Below, piece after piece: positions 19,905 to 29,340 of a stretch of 64,000 bases of DNA. Origin of the DNA: Bacteroidia bacterium (lineage in GTDB: Bacteria; Bacteroidota; Bacteroidia; 2-12-FULL-35-15). The notes under the pieces were generated by a model, which was not told where the DNA came from, ran no database searches, and saw only the letters and a list, made by a program, of their open reading frames with translations. How positions within the stretch are numbered: the stretch's first letter is position 1; each line of letters begins with the position of its first letter. The stretch spans positions 28,036 to 92,035 of the forward strand of contig JBDTFR010000105.1 of assembly GCA_039937835.1 (NCBI GenBank), written 5' to 3'. The position numbers were made by a program, and so were the translations under genes.

Positions 19905-20419
19905 GTTCGTTGTTTAGACGGTAATAATGGAGTAAGCGGAATTGGAGCGGTTAATAATTCCACATCGTTTTTATTTACTCGGACTTGATATTGAACCAAA
20001 GCTCTTGGTGGTGGCCCAGATGCTACGGTTCCATCTTTATAATAAACACCTCCATGACAAGGACACATAAACAATTCTGCTCCAGCCTCCCATCTGATAG
20101 GACAGCCAAGATGGGTGCAGTTCGCAGAAAACGCTGTAAACAAATTTTCTTCGTCTCTTCGTAACCAGGCTGCAGATAATGCTGTTACTCCAGCCCAAGC
20201 TTTTGCATCAGCATTTTCAAACTTTACGATGTTGGTTGTACCCACTGCAAAATCATCTAAACTACCAACTCTTCGCCATAATTCAGGTGTTTTTTCAAGC
20301 AAAGGTGCAAGCAATGCGCTAAAAACAGGAACCGCAACGGCTATAGCACTCAATGCGCTTAACCCTAAACTTACTTTAATTAAAAAAGATCTTCTGTTCT
20401 CTTGTGGTTTATCATTCAT
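19901..20419 (-). CDS. Rieske [2Fe-2S] iron-sulfur subunit with a Tat signal
   Basis: The twin-arginine signal is NRRSFLIKVSLGLSALSAIAVA. The Rieske boxes are CTHLGCPIRW and CPCHGGVY. The stop overlaps the cytochrome b start. Confidence 0.85.
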   Translation of the reverse strand: MNDKPQENRRSFLIKVSLGLSALSAIAVAVPVFSALLAPLLEKTPELWRRVGSLDDFAVGTTNIVKFENADAKAWAGVTALSAAWLRRDEENLFTAFSANCTHLGCPIRWEAGAELFMCPCHGGVYYKDGTVASGPPPRALVQYQVRVNKNDVELLTAPIPLTPLLPSKQRT

Positions 20420-20627
20420 GGCGCAATATATTAATCCATCGTGTGAGTGAAATTATAAAAATCAATAAGCCTGCTACTAAAATAACCCAACTGCTGAGAA
20501 GTCCCCAAAAAACAAAGGCAATACCCATAGCTGTAAAAAATGGCCAGTAGGTTGGCTCAGGTAGTTTTTCTGGTTTTGCTTTTTCCCATTCTACTTGTGG
20601 GATAATTGATGCAGTATATTTATTCAT
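20412..20627 (-). CDS. Small two-helix membrane protein (possible accessory subunit of the bc/oxidase complex)
   Basis: The 71-aa protein has a hydrophobic hairpin (FFTAMGIAFVFWGLLSSWVILVAGLLIFIISL). It overlaps the Rieske start by 8 nt in an operon context. Its function is unassigned. Confidence 0.4.
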   Translation of the reverse strand: MNKYTASIIPQVEWEKAKPEKLPEPTYWPFFTAMGIAFVFWGLLSSWVILVAGLLIFIISLTRWINILRHE

Positions 20628-20643
20628 CTGACGTGTTTTGTTT

Positions 20644-21450
20644 TTAATTTGATTGATTTAGAGAAATTGTATCATCTACTGCAAACCATTGTTGCAATAA
20701 ATAAATACAACCTGTTAGATATATCAGGCAGCAGGGTACCCACATAATAAGGCCAGCCGCCTTTTGGTCTTCGATAGCAGAAATTCCCAGAGGGTTAACG
20801 CTCATTCCTATAGAAGAACTTGTATTAACGTAATGATGATAAGTATTTGGCGGAGCAAATGTAATGAGCAACCCTAACAAAGAGCAACTGATACAAGCTG
20901 TAAATAGGTATACAATTCCAACAAGAGGATGTATCCGATATTTTAGAAAAGGCCCAACTAATGGCCAACTAAAAATCATACCTGCAAGTAACATGCTTGC
21001 AGAATGCATTAGCGGCATAAAATTAAGTGATTCATGCATGTGCGCAAAGGATGCATCAAACACATAAGGAATATGCCACAACCACATAACTACTGCGCCA
21101 GTTATCCAACTAATAAGCGGATATTTAAATAGTAAAGAGGACAGGGCTTCTATCTTCTTGAAAAAAAATGTAGGAGAAGAAATGGGAATAGATACTATAA
21201 TTAATGGACCGCAAACTAATAAGATAATGATATGAGCGATCATATGAGCGCTAAAATAATAGTGCATGCCTAAATAGTGAAGTGGTGAAAAAGTTACTAG
21301 TATAAAAAGAAAGAGTGCTGAGAAAAAGCAATATATGCTTTTCTTAAAACGAAAGCCGCCTAGAGAATAAAAAATAGAAACAATGAGTGCTAAAAATACG
21401 CATGTTGCTAGATCAGCATGCCATTCATAAAAAAGAGAAGTTAATTTCAT
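20644..21450 (-). CDS. Polytopic membrane protein, putative caa3-type cytochrome oxidase assembly factor (CtaG-like)
   Basis: The 268-aa protein has about seven predicted TM helices and conserved His/Trp positions (HMIAHIIILLVCGPL, WHIPYVFDASFAHMHESL). It lies between coxIII and the Rieske gene. The family call comes from memory of Bacillus CtaG (Caa3_CtaG) and is not verified. Confidence 0.45.
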   Translation of the reverse strand: MKLTSLFYEWHADLATCVFLALIVSIFYSLGGFRFKKSIYCFFSALFLFILVTFSPLHYLGMHYYFSAHMIAHIIILLVCGPLIIVSIPISSPTFFFKKIEALSSLLFKYPLISWITGAVVMWLWHIPYVFDASFAHMHESLNFMPLMHSASMLLAGMIFSWPLVGPFLKYRIHPLVGIVYLFTACISCSLLGLLITFAPPNTYHHYVNTSSSIGMSVNPLGISAIEDQKAAGLIMWVPCCLIYLTGCIYLLQQWFAVDDTISLNQSN

Positions 21451-21454
21451 AGCC

Positions 21455-22006
21455 TTAAGATAAATGTGGCATTACATAAACAATAAAAAAAACAAACAAC
21501 CATACAATGTCAACAAAGTGCCAGTACACGCCGACTGCGCTAACAATTGATGACTTTTTGTAATCGTAATCTCCGATGAAGGTTAGGTAGGTAATGATAC
21601 CAATAATGATTAGGCCAACTGCTACATGCAATCCATGAAACCCAGTTAATGTGAAGAAACTTGTTCCAAAAATACTGCTACTAATTGTTACTTGACTTGA
21701 TAATAGTTTTACATATTCTTTTGCCTGACCTAATAAAAAAAGAATACCCAATATAAGTGTGAACAGTATCCAAAATTTAAAACGTTTTATCATTCCGTTG
21801 TTGAAATTTTTTTCAGCGCGCCAATACGTAAAACTGCTGAACAATAACAAGGCAGTAAATTGGCTGGTGGTTGATATATCGAGGTTCTTTATTTGTTGCA
21901 TTTTAAATTCTGGCAGCAGCGAAAAATATACAAAAACCATTATTAAACAAAGAAAGAACATTGCTTCTGTGCCCACTACCAGTTTGACCATGATTTTATT
22001 ATCCAT
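21455..22006 (-). CDS. ctaE: Cytochrome c oxidase subunit III (short form)
   Basis: Contains GFHGLHVAVGLIII and VGVYWHFVDIVWLFVF, the subunit III signature. It is 183 aa. Confidence 0.85.
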   Translation of the reverse strand: MDNKIMVKLVVGTEAMFFLCLIMVFVYFSLLPEFKMQQIKNLDISTTSQFTALLLFSSFTYWRAEKNFNNGMIKRFKFWILFTLILGILFLLGQAKEYVKLLSSQVTISSSIFGTSFFTLTGFHGLHVAVGLIIIGIITYLTFIGDYDYKKSSIVSAVGVYWHFVDIVWLFVFFIVYVMPHLS

Positions 22007-22007
22007 T

Positions 22008-23666
22008 TTATTTTATTTTAAAGTCAGCATCGTTTCGTAGCTTATAATCTCTATAAGGTCTAGCACTTTTTATTGGTATTACGCGATCAAAATTCTGAAG
22101 TGGAGGAGGAGATGTAGTCGTCCATTCCAATGTATCAGCATCCCACGGATCTGAAGAAGCTATTTCCCCTTTTTTCATTGCTTTTAACACGATGTATATA
22201 AATAACCCAAAAGAAACTGCCATCAAAAATGCACCAATTGTTGAAATAAAATTGAGTATTCCCCATCCTGAAATATTGGGATATGTATAAACTCTGCGTG
22301 GCATACCCATAGCGCCTAATGCATGTTGAACTAAAAATGTAAGATTAAAACTAATAACGAAGAGCCAAAAAAACCATTTGCCTAAACGTTCATCCAAAAC
22401 TCTACCGCTTATTTTAGGAAACCAATAAAACATTCCTGAAAATAATCCAAATACGGTACCACCAATCAATACATAATGAAGGTGAGCAACAACATAATAG
22501 GTATCCGTTAACTGCCAATCAATAGGTACGATAGCGAATGAAATTCCGCTAAGACCACCAATGGTAAATTCAATCAAAAAAGCGATAGCAAACATCATGG
22601 AAACACTAAAACGGAGACTACCGCCATACATGGTGGCCAACCAGCTAAAAATTTTCACACCCGTAGGAATTCCAATAAGTAAACTACTTGCTGCAAAAAA
22701 TCCATTCACTGTATTGCCCAATCCTGTTGTAAACATATGATGTACCCACACTCCAAAAGCCAATAAGGAAATAGCCATTCCAGAGCCAACTACAAATGCG
22801 TATCCGAATATAGATTTGCGACTGAATACAGGAAACACTTCAGAAAGAATTCCAAAAATCGGAAGGATAACAATATAGACCTCTGGATGACCGAATAACC
22901 AAAACAAATGTTGCCATAAAATAGCCGAACCTCCAGCAACTGCACTAAAAAAATGAGCGTGAAGTTGCCTATCTATTAAAAGCATAGCTAATGCAGCGTT
23001 CAAAGAGGGGAATGCGGCTAAAACGAGAAAAGAATTTATGAGCACCATCCATACAAATATGGGTAGTTGCTTTAAACTCATGGAACGAACTTTATAGTTA
23101 AGAATTGTAACAATAAAATTTATTGACGCTGTTACAGATCCTATTCCTGAAAGTAAAAGACCGGAACAATAATAGTCAATTCCTTTGCTGGTGGAAAAAT
23201 TGACTTGGTTGAGTGGTGCATAATTAAACCAACCTGCATCAGGTGCTCCTCCTGCTAAAAAGCTAAAGTAGAGTAGAGAGCCTCCAAAAAAGGTCATCCA
23301 AAAGCTCAATGCATTTAGTCTTGGAAAAGCCATATCGTTCGCACCAATCATCAATGGAACAAAATAGGTTGAGAATCCAAATATAGCTGGCATGGCTACA
23401 AAAAAGATCATGGTCGTTCCATGCATCGTAAATAATTGATTGTAGGTTTCGGGCAAAAGAAAATGATTTTTGGGAATAGATAATTGTATTCTAACGAGCA
23501 ATATTTCAATGCCTCCGATTATCAAAAATACTACGGTTAACCATAAATACATAATCCCAATCTGCTTGTGATCGACAGAAGATATCCATTGCAACAATCC
23601 CTGGTCATTGCTAATACTTAGGTTAGGAATAGGCTTTTCTGGTTTGGGAATAAAAATTTCTTCCAT
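22008..23666 (-). CDS. ctaD: Cytochrome c oxidase subunit I
   Basis: Contains WLFGHPEVYIVILPIFGI, VWVHHMFTTG and YVVAHLHYVL (heme/CuB ligand regions). It is 552 aa. Confidence 0.95.
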   Translation of the reverse strand: MEEIFIPKPEKPIPNLSISNDQGLLQWISSVDHKQIGIMYLWLTVVFLIIGGIEILLVRIQLSIPKNHFLLPETYNQLFTMHGTTMIFFVAMPAIFGFSTYFVPLMIGANDMAFPRLNALSFWMTFFGGSLLYFSFLAGGAPDAGWFNYAPLNQVNFSTSKGIDYYCSGLLLSGIGSVTASINFIVTILNYKVRSMSLKQLPIFVWMVLINSFLVLAAFPSLNAALAMLLIDRQLHAHFFSAVAGGSAILWQHLFWLFGHPEVYIVILPIFGILSEVFPVFSRKSIFGYAFVVGSGMAISLLAFGVWVHHMFTTGLGNTVNGFFAASSLLIGIPTGVKIFSWLATMYGGSLRFSVSMMFAIAFLIEFTIGGLSGISFAIVPIDWQLTDTYYVVAHLHYVLIGGTVFGLFSGMFYWFPKISGRVLDERLGKWFFWLFVISFNLTFLVQHALGAMGMPRRVYTYPNISGWGILNFISTIGAFLMAVSFGLFIYIVLKAMKKGEIASSDPWDADTLEWTTTSPPPLQNFDRVIPIKSARPYRDYKLRNDADFKIK

Positions 23667-24622
23667 TACTTAAGTTGTTCTAAATATGCTGTTAACGCGC
23701 TTATGCTATCTCGATTAAAAATAAATCGCGGCATATGAGCACCCGGTTTTATTTTTTGCGGATCAGTTAACCAATCAAAAACATTTTTTGGATTGTTTTC
23801 TAATATCCCTCCTAAAATCATTTTCCTACTCGCAAAGTGTGTTAAGTCGGGACCTGCGATGCCTTTCGCATCCGTTCCACGAATGGAGTGACAACTGCTA
23901 CAGGTAGCTTTTTTAAATAAAGTTTCGCCTGCTAATGCCTTACTATCCAAAATTGGTAAAGCATTCCTAGCATTTATAATTACCCATTGATTAAAATCTT
24001 CCGGCGATTCTCCAATTACCCGAATACGCATCCAAGCATGTTGTTGTCCACAAAATTCACTGCACGCTCCTTCATAAATACCAGGTTTCGACAGTGTCAT
24101 CCATAAGTAATTAGTTGTGCCGGGTATCATGTCCATTTTACCTGCTAAAGAAGGAACCCACCAACTGTGAATCACATCTGCAGAATTTAATTGAAGCAGT
24201 AATTTTTTTCCAACAGGTAAATGCAATTCATTCGATGTGATCGATTTTGATGACGGATAGGATATCTCCCACCACCATTGATGACCAGTTATAACAACGT
24301 CTGGTGTTTCCTTGTGCCGTTCTGGTAACACAGCATTCATGATTTTAATAGACCAAAAAAAGAAGAACAGAACAAGTATAAACGGGCCAGTAACCATAAG
24401 TATTTCAAGCTTTCGATTGCTTGTAATCTCTTTCGGTTCGTGTTTATTTGTTTTTGCACGAAATTTTACAAGAATATAAATGGTTAAAAAAATAACCAAC
24501 AGTAAGATAAAGCATGCAGCTATGATAAACCCATTTGTGATCGATCTAATTTTTTCAGATTGTGGAGAGAAAGAATTAAAAATTGACTGAAAATAAATAA
24601 ACATTTGTAAAGGGAAATACAT
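23666..24622 (-). CDS. ctaC: Cytochrome c oxidase subunit II, caa3 type (CuA domain plus C-terminal heme c domain)
   Basis: The CuA site is HSWWVPSLAGKMD...CSEFCGQQHAWM. The C-terminal CxxCH is ATCSSCHSIRG. The gene overlaps the ctaD start. Confidence 0.9.
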   Translation of the reverse strand: MYFPLQMFIYFQSIFNSFSPQSEKIRSITNGFIIAACFILLLVIFLTIYILVKFRAKTNKHEPKEITSNRKLEILMVTGPFILVLFFFFWSIKIMNAVLPERHKETPDVVITGHQWWWEISYPSSKSITSNELHLPVGKKLLLQLNSADVIHSWWVPSLAGKMDMIPGTTNYLWMTLSKPGIYEGACSEFCGQQHAWMRIRVIGESPEDFNQWVIINARNALPILDSKALAGETLFKKATCSSCHSIRGTDAKGIAGPDLTHFASRKMILGGILENNPKNVFDWLTDPQKIKPGAHMPRFIFNRDSISALTAYLEQLK

Positions 24623-24660
24623 ACGCTCGAATTAGATATATAAATTTTTGTTCACTATTT

Positions 24661-25029
24661 TTACTCTGAGTATGCAATTGTTGTAATCAAAGCATTTTCA
24701 CTTTGACGAGAATCCAATCGCGTATGTTGAATGATAATTGGCACATCTGATTCAAAGACGCTAGAGTAATCCGTCCCTAACGGAATAACTCCAGGATCTT
24801 TCAGATTATTAAACCGCATATGGAATGTACGTTTTCCTTTTACGGTGATTTTAAAAGGTCCAATTGGATCTCTGTCAGCAAAGTAAATCATTAGTGAGAT
24901 GTTTGCATCTTGGTCTCCAACATTTAATATACAAGCTGCTTCATGACTCGTAAATTCTGGAGCTGGTCCATTACTCCATGAAGGGATATAGCCTTCTGCT
25001 ATTGCCCAAATTTTTTTACCTAATTTCAT
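24661..25029 (-). CDS. Small beta-sandwich protein resembling the sensory-rhodopsin-transducer (ASRT/DUF1362) family
   Basis: The 122-aa protein has WAIAEGYIPSWSNGPAPEFTSHEAACILN...DVPIIIQHTRLDSRQ. The similarity to ASRT-family proteins is recalled from memory and not verified. No rhodopsin gene is present in the window. Confidence 0.45.
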   Translation of the reverse strand: MKLGKKIWAIAEGYIPSWSNGPAPEFTSHEAACILNVGDQDANISLMIYFADRDPIGPFKITVKGKRTFHMRFNNLKDPGVIPLGTDYSSVFESDVPIIIQHTRLDSRQSENALITTIAYSE

Positions 25030-25108
25030 AGTCGTTAAATATTATTTAAATTCTTATTTATTCATTTACACAACTACTCAACCATAAATTTATGATTGTA
25101 TAGTAACT

Positions 25109-25915
25109 TTATCCACCGTGTGCAAACTCGGGATATAACGTCATACCACCATCAACATAAATTGTGGTTCCTGTTATATAATCAGCCTCATCCGAAGCAA
25201 TCCACACGGCAACTTTTGCAATATCTTCCGGCTGACCTATTCGCTGATAAGGAATCATTTTTAATAATTGTTCATTTTGTTTTGGGTCTGACCATACTTT
25301 TTTATTAATATGTGTTTGTATGGCACCAGGCGCAATACTATTCACTCTTATTTTTTGTGGAGCAACTTCTTGTGCAAGCGTTTTCATTAGCATCGTTTCT
25401 CCTCCTTTAGAAGTGGTATAATTTGCGTGTCCAGCCCATGGAATAATATTATGAACCGAGCTTATAAAAATAATTTTACCACAAGCAGATGATCGGTCTT
25501 TCACAATTCCTCTTTTGGTAAATTCTTTTACTGCTTCTCTTGAACATAAGAATTGACCGGTGAGATTGGTATCTAAAACAGATTGCCATGTTTTTAAAGA
25601 CATTTCACTAAACTTACTATCCTTCTGAATTCCAGCATTGTTTACCAATATGTCGAGTGTACCAAATTGCTTAATTGCGTTATCAAACATAGAAACCACC
25701 TCTTCTTCTTTGCTTACATCTGCTTTAATGATTGCTCCTTTCCCACCCGCTTTTTTAATAGTGTCGAGAACGGACATTGCGCTATCTTCATCTGAGTAGT
25801 AATTCACAATTACATTTGCACCTGCCTGACCCATAGCGATAGCAATGGCTTTTCCAATACCAGAGTTTGCACCGGTAATTAAAACTGTTTGTTCAAGTAA
25901 TTTAGTTGCTTTCAT
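25109..25915 (-). CDS. SDR-family oxidoreductase, glucose 1-dehydrogenase-like
   Basis: Carries the TGANSGIGKAIA Rossmann motif, NNAG and the YTTSKGG catalytic Y-x3-K. Overall it looks collinear with Bacillus glucose 1-dehydrogenase (...INYYS... and the C-terminal DGGMT.YP.F). That comparison is recalled, not aligned. Confidence 0.75.
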   Translation of the reverse strand: MKATKLLEQTVLITGANSGIGKAIAIAMGQAGANVIVNYYSDEDSAMSVLDTIKKAGGKGAIIKADVSKEEEVVSMFDNAIKQFGTLDILVNNAGIQKDSKFSEMSLKTWQSVLDTNLTGQFLCSREAVKEFTKRGIVKDRSSACGKIIFISSVHNIIPWAGHANYTTSKGGETMLMKTLAQEVAPQKIRVNSIAPGAIQTHINKKVWSDPKQNEQLLKMIPYQRIGQPEDIAKVAVWIASDEADYITGTTIYVDGGMTLYPEFAHGG

Positions 25916-27272
25916 TTTTTTTTGTTTTTAGTTGCTCTATCCATCCGCCAGTAAAGCCCGCTTTTATCAAACCCACTGTTATATAGTTAGATTTCTTTAT
26001 TATATTCCAAATAAGCCGCGTTCTATAATTCTCTATCATGATGATTATAGGCCCTTGATTTAATCCATATTGCAAAGGAGAAATCCATCCGTTAGGATTG
26101 GGTCCTTTCTCAGGATAGGTAGGATTGAAACTTGCATCAAATCCATATTTACTATGCTTCTTTAAATCTAATCGCTCTATTGCATGTCTAATTGTTTTTA
26201 AAACAATATCCGAAGCAAAAGGTAGAGAAGCTACTACAGCCCATGGCGCAATCGTTCCATCATCTGGTCCATAAGGAGCTCCGCGTGCTATATATGAAAA
26301 AAATGTTCTTTGAACCCCTTTTATCATCATTGTTCTATTGCCAGGGCCATTGCTAGCGGTAAAGCCCCATCCATTTTCACTGTAATGCAAAAATTGTAAA
26401 GGGTTTTTAATTGCATATTGTTGTTGAATATGTGTTGCACGAGAACTGTTTTCAAAATAATCAATCTTATCCTTCTTGTTACGATCGTCTTGAATACCCT
26501 CAAAATCTATCCAAATGTGCGACATCTGATGAATAAAAAGAGGTCCCGCATAATAGCATTTTATACCATATATATCTTTCAACTCAAATGTTGATATCCA
26601 TTTATTGTAAATAGGTGATTGAATTGGAAATGTGGTAGAACCCAAGGCAAGAATATAAAGAATATGTGCCTCACTATAATCCTTGTCCCAACTGTATGAA
26701 AGAAAGCCTGATTCTGGTTTCCATCCATGATTTATTGCATCACTTCCGTTCAATGCCCAATTCCAGTCAATACGTAAATATATTTTATCTGCTAATGATC
26801 TGATTTCGGATTCTATCTCGTTATCATCTAAATAGTAATTTTGCGCAGTTAATATTCCAGCAACAAGTATTGCGGTATCAATGGTAGATAATTCACAATT
26901 CCAAGTTCGTTTTCCAGTTTTCATGTCAAGAAAGTGGTAATAAAACCCTTTATAGCCAGTGGCATCTGATTCAGTACTTTGCTTGCTAGTATAAAGAAAT
27001 TTTAAAACCGTATGTGTTCGTTTGACAGCCTCAGCCCTTGAAAATAAATTACACTCAACCGCTGAGATGTAACAGGTAAGTGCCATTCCGACTGCTGCTA
27101 TACTACATGGAGAATCGTATGACGTGTTATCTGCTATTAATCCATTTTCAAGGTTCGTTTCCTTCAAAAAAAATTCCAATGTTTCTTTTTGTAACGTCGC
27201 TAACATTTCCGTATCAGTTCCCTGAGGATTAACATTTGATAATGGCGTATGTTTGTCTTCTTCTATCATCAC
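25902..27272 (-). CDS. Putative (alpha/alpha)6-barrel glycoside hydrolase, DUF3131 / GH144-like (endo-beta-1,2-glucanase-like)
   Basis: The 456-aa protein has no signal peptide. Its aromatic-rich segments (GFYYHFLDMKTGKRTW, YSWDKDYSEAHILYILALG, HIWIDFEGIQD, GWGFTASNGPG) resemble Bacteroidota 'putative glucoamylase' proteins. The assignment is tentative. Confidence 0.4.
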   Translation of the reverse strand: MMIEEDKHTPLSNVNPQGTDTEMLATLQKETLEFFLKETNLENGLIADNTSYDSPCSIAAVGMALTCYISAVECNLFSRAEAVKRTHTVLKFLYTSKQSTESDATGYKGFYYHFLDMKTGKRTWNCELSTIDTAILVAGILTAQNYYLDDNEIESEIRSLADKIYLRIDWNWALNGSDAINHGWKPESGFLSYSWDKDYSEAHILYILALGSTTFPIQSPIYNKWISTFELKDIYGIKCYYAGPLFIHQMSHIWIDFEGIQDDRNKKDKIDYFENSSRATHIQQQYAIKNPLQFLHYSENGWGFTASNGPGNRTMMIKGVQRTFFSYIARGAPYGPDDGTIAPWAVVASLPFASDIVLKTIRHAIERLDLKKHSKYGFDASFNPTYPEKGPNPNGWISPLQYGLNQGPIIIMIENYRTRLIWNIIKKSNYITVGLIKAGFTGGWIEQLKTKKNESN

Positions 27273-28711
27273 AATTCAAGGGTTAAGAAAACAATACCTT
27301 GTGGAGGAATGAAAACCTCGATAGAAATACTTTTATCTTTATATGTATTTCTAATTGATTGCTTTTCTAGAACAGATGCTGCTTCCAACATATTCACTTC
27401 GTCACGGTTCAGCGTATCTTTCATTCCATCATCCTTCCAAACTTTATTTGCATTGGAGTGGTCATGGTCTATTCGCTCTATAAAAACACTTTTAACTTCT
27501 TCTATATTTTCTAACTGAAGATGTATGAACTCCGTATGAATGGGATGCCGTGGTAACGCCCAATTTGTAATGAGCACATTTATTTCCTTTTTTTTGTAAG
27601 TCACCCATGTGTCCACGGTTTTGTGTTTACCATGCACAGTCAATAATTCGTTTCCCAAGCGATGCAATAATTCATAAGCACGATAAGCAGGTTTCGGAAT
27701 ACCGTTGATGTTCAATAACCCAAAGCCCCCATGAAACGGTATAGAGGAAAAATAATTTTCATCAAAAATATCGGAAAAAGTCCAATAGCTATATCCTTCA
27801 ACAATACCACTTGCTTCCATTATCGTTTTTATAATAAAAGCAGCTGCATAGGGTTCATCATGCAATCCATCAAAAGGATTAGAAGACGTGGACCATTCTG
27901 TATAATAGATCGGCTTCCCTTCCGCCTGTTCCTTTACATTTTTAGCTTCATCATGAAGGACGCTTCGCTTACTTTCTGAAAGTTGAGTAATCGTATCATC
28001 TCCAGGCTTTCCAAAAGAATCCGTTGGATAGTGATGCGTGGATATAAAATCTACTGGAAGATTATTTTTTTTGCAGAAAACTATAAAATCAGTTATCCAC
28101 TCATTATTAGCAGTAGCGGGACCACCCACTTTCAACGTTTTATCTATTTTTTTGATTGCCGTAACAGTGGTTTGATATAATTTAAAATAATCTGCCTGTG
28201 ATCCATCCCAGAAAGCTTTCAGATTGGGCTCATTCCAAACCTCGAAAAACCATTTACTAACTTCATCTATCCCATAGCGTTTTACAAGATGTGCGATTAA
28301 TTTGGATATGAGCGTTTCCCAATCTTTATAATCTCGTGGCGGGTCTATATTTCCTTTATAACTAAAAACTGTTTTATTACCAGAAGATATGGCGGCAGGC
28401 ATAAACGATAATTCCATAAAGGGCCTCATTCCTATGGATAATAAAAAGTCACAAATTTGATCGATATTAAAAAAGGAATAAATATACGTATTGTCTTGAT
28501 CAACGAGTGTATACATATTGTCTGATAACAATCCATGAAATCGAACATGTTTAAATCCGAGCTCTTTTGTACACCTCGATAATTGTTTTTGCCAATCAGA
28601 ACGCAGTGCCATAGTAGCATGCGAAGCTCCTATTGTATGCTCCCAAAAATGGGGGAAAACTATACGCTTATCTTTTACGTCGCATTTGAAATTAATTACT
28701 TCTAGCTTCAT
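27269..28711 (-). CDS. Glycoside hydrolase family 39-like (beta-xylosidase type)
   Basis: Carries FFEVWNEPNLKAFWDGSQADYFKLY (catalytic NEP motif of clan GH-A/GH39) and YYTEWS. It is 480 aa with no signal peptide and overlaps the next gene by 4 nt. Confidence 0.7.
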   Translation of the reverse strand: MKLEVINFKCDVKDKRIVFPHFWEHTIGASHATMALRSDWQKQLSRCTKELGFKHVRFHGLLSDNMYTLVDQDNTYIYSFFNIDQICDFLLSIGMRPFMELSFMPAAISSGNKTVFSYKGNIDPPRDYKDWETLISKLIAHLVKRYGIDEVSKWFFEVWNEPNLKAFWDGSQADYFKLYQTTVTAIKKIDKTLKVGGPATANNEWITDFIVFCKKNNLPVDFISTHHYPTDSFGKPGDDTITQLSESKRSVLHDEAKNVKEQAEGKPIYYTEWSTSSNPFDGLHDEPYAAAFIIKTIMEASGIVEGYSYWTFSDIFDENYFSSIPFHGGFGLLNINGIPKPAYRAYELLHRLGNELLTVHGKHKTVDTWVTYKKKEINVLITNWALPRHPIHTEFIHLQLENIEEVKSVFIERIDHDHSNANKVWKDDGMKDTLNRDEVNMLEAASVLEKQSIRNTYKDKSISIEVFIPPQGIVFLTLEL

Positions 28712-29340
28712 ATTAGTAAATCTATATCATGGCACTTCAGAAATTTAAATTTGTAATGAAAGAAAATTATTTTATTCAAATAAAAAATAATTTCATTTTC
28801 AACTTCTCTTCTTTTTTAATGTGCATTTATTTATCTCTTAAATTGAAATAAATCTGTTCACCCTTTTGAAAATTGTTCTTGTAAAAATAGAAATGGTGAT
28901 GTGCTTTTGCATTTCTTTTTAACATAGTTAATTTTTAATTACCGAAATTCATGCCACTTTTTTATTAAGAATAAAATATATACATAACCCTTATTGGATC
29001 TTTATTCTAAAAAAAAGTCACCTGGTGCTGATTAATAATGCACAAACATTTCCTCTTCTTTGGGGATAGTAAATAGAAGTATTTTCCAAAGTAATTTATT
29101 AATACCGCGTAACTAAATTTTTTCACATTCATGATATTTATGGGATGGGGAAACAGTTATGGCATGATGGTTTAATAGCATAGTTAACGTTTATCGCACT
29201 TACTATTTGAGTTTAACCGTGGTTTTTGTATTTTTTATGTCTAGATAAAATTGAAATCTTTGTCTGTATTATACAGTGAGAATTTCTGAGAGGTAATAAT
29301 GTAAAGTGATGAATAATTTTTCAAGACGAAAGTAGATTTG

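Noticed and set aside
27249-28620. Several + and - short ORFs (62-89 aa) within the GH39 gene span
   Set aside because: They are overlapping shadow ORFs of a long, motif-supported CDS.
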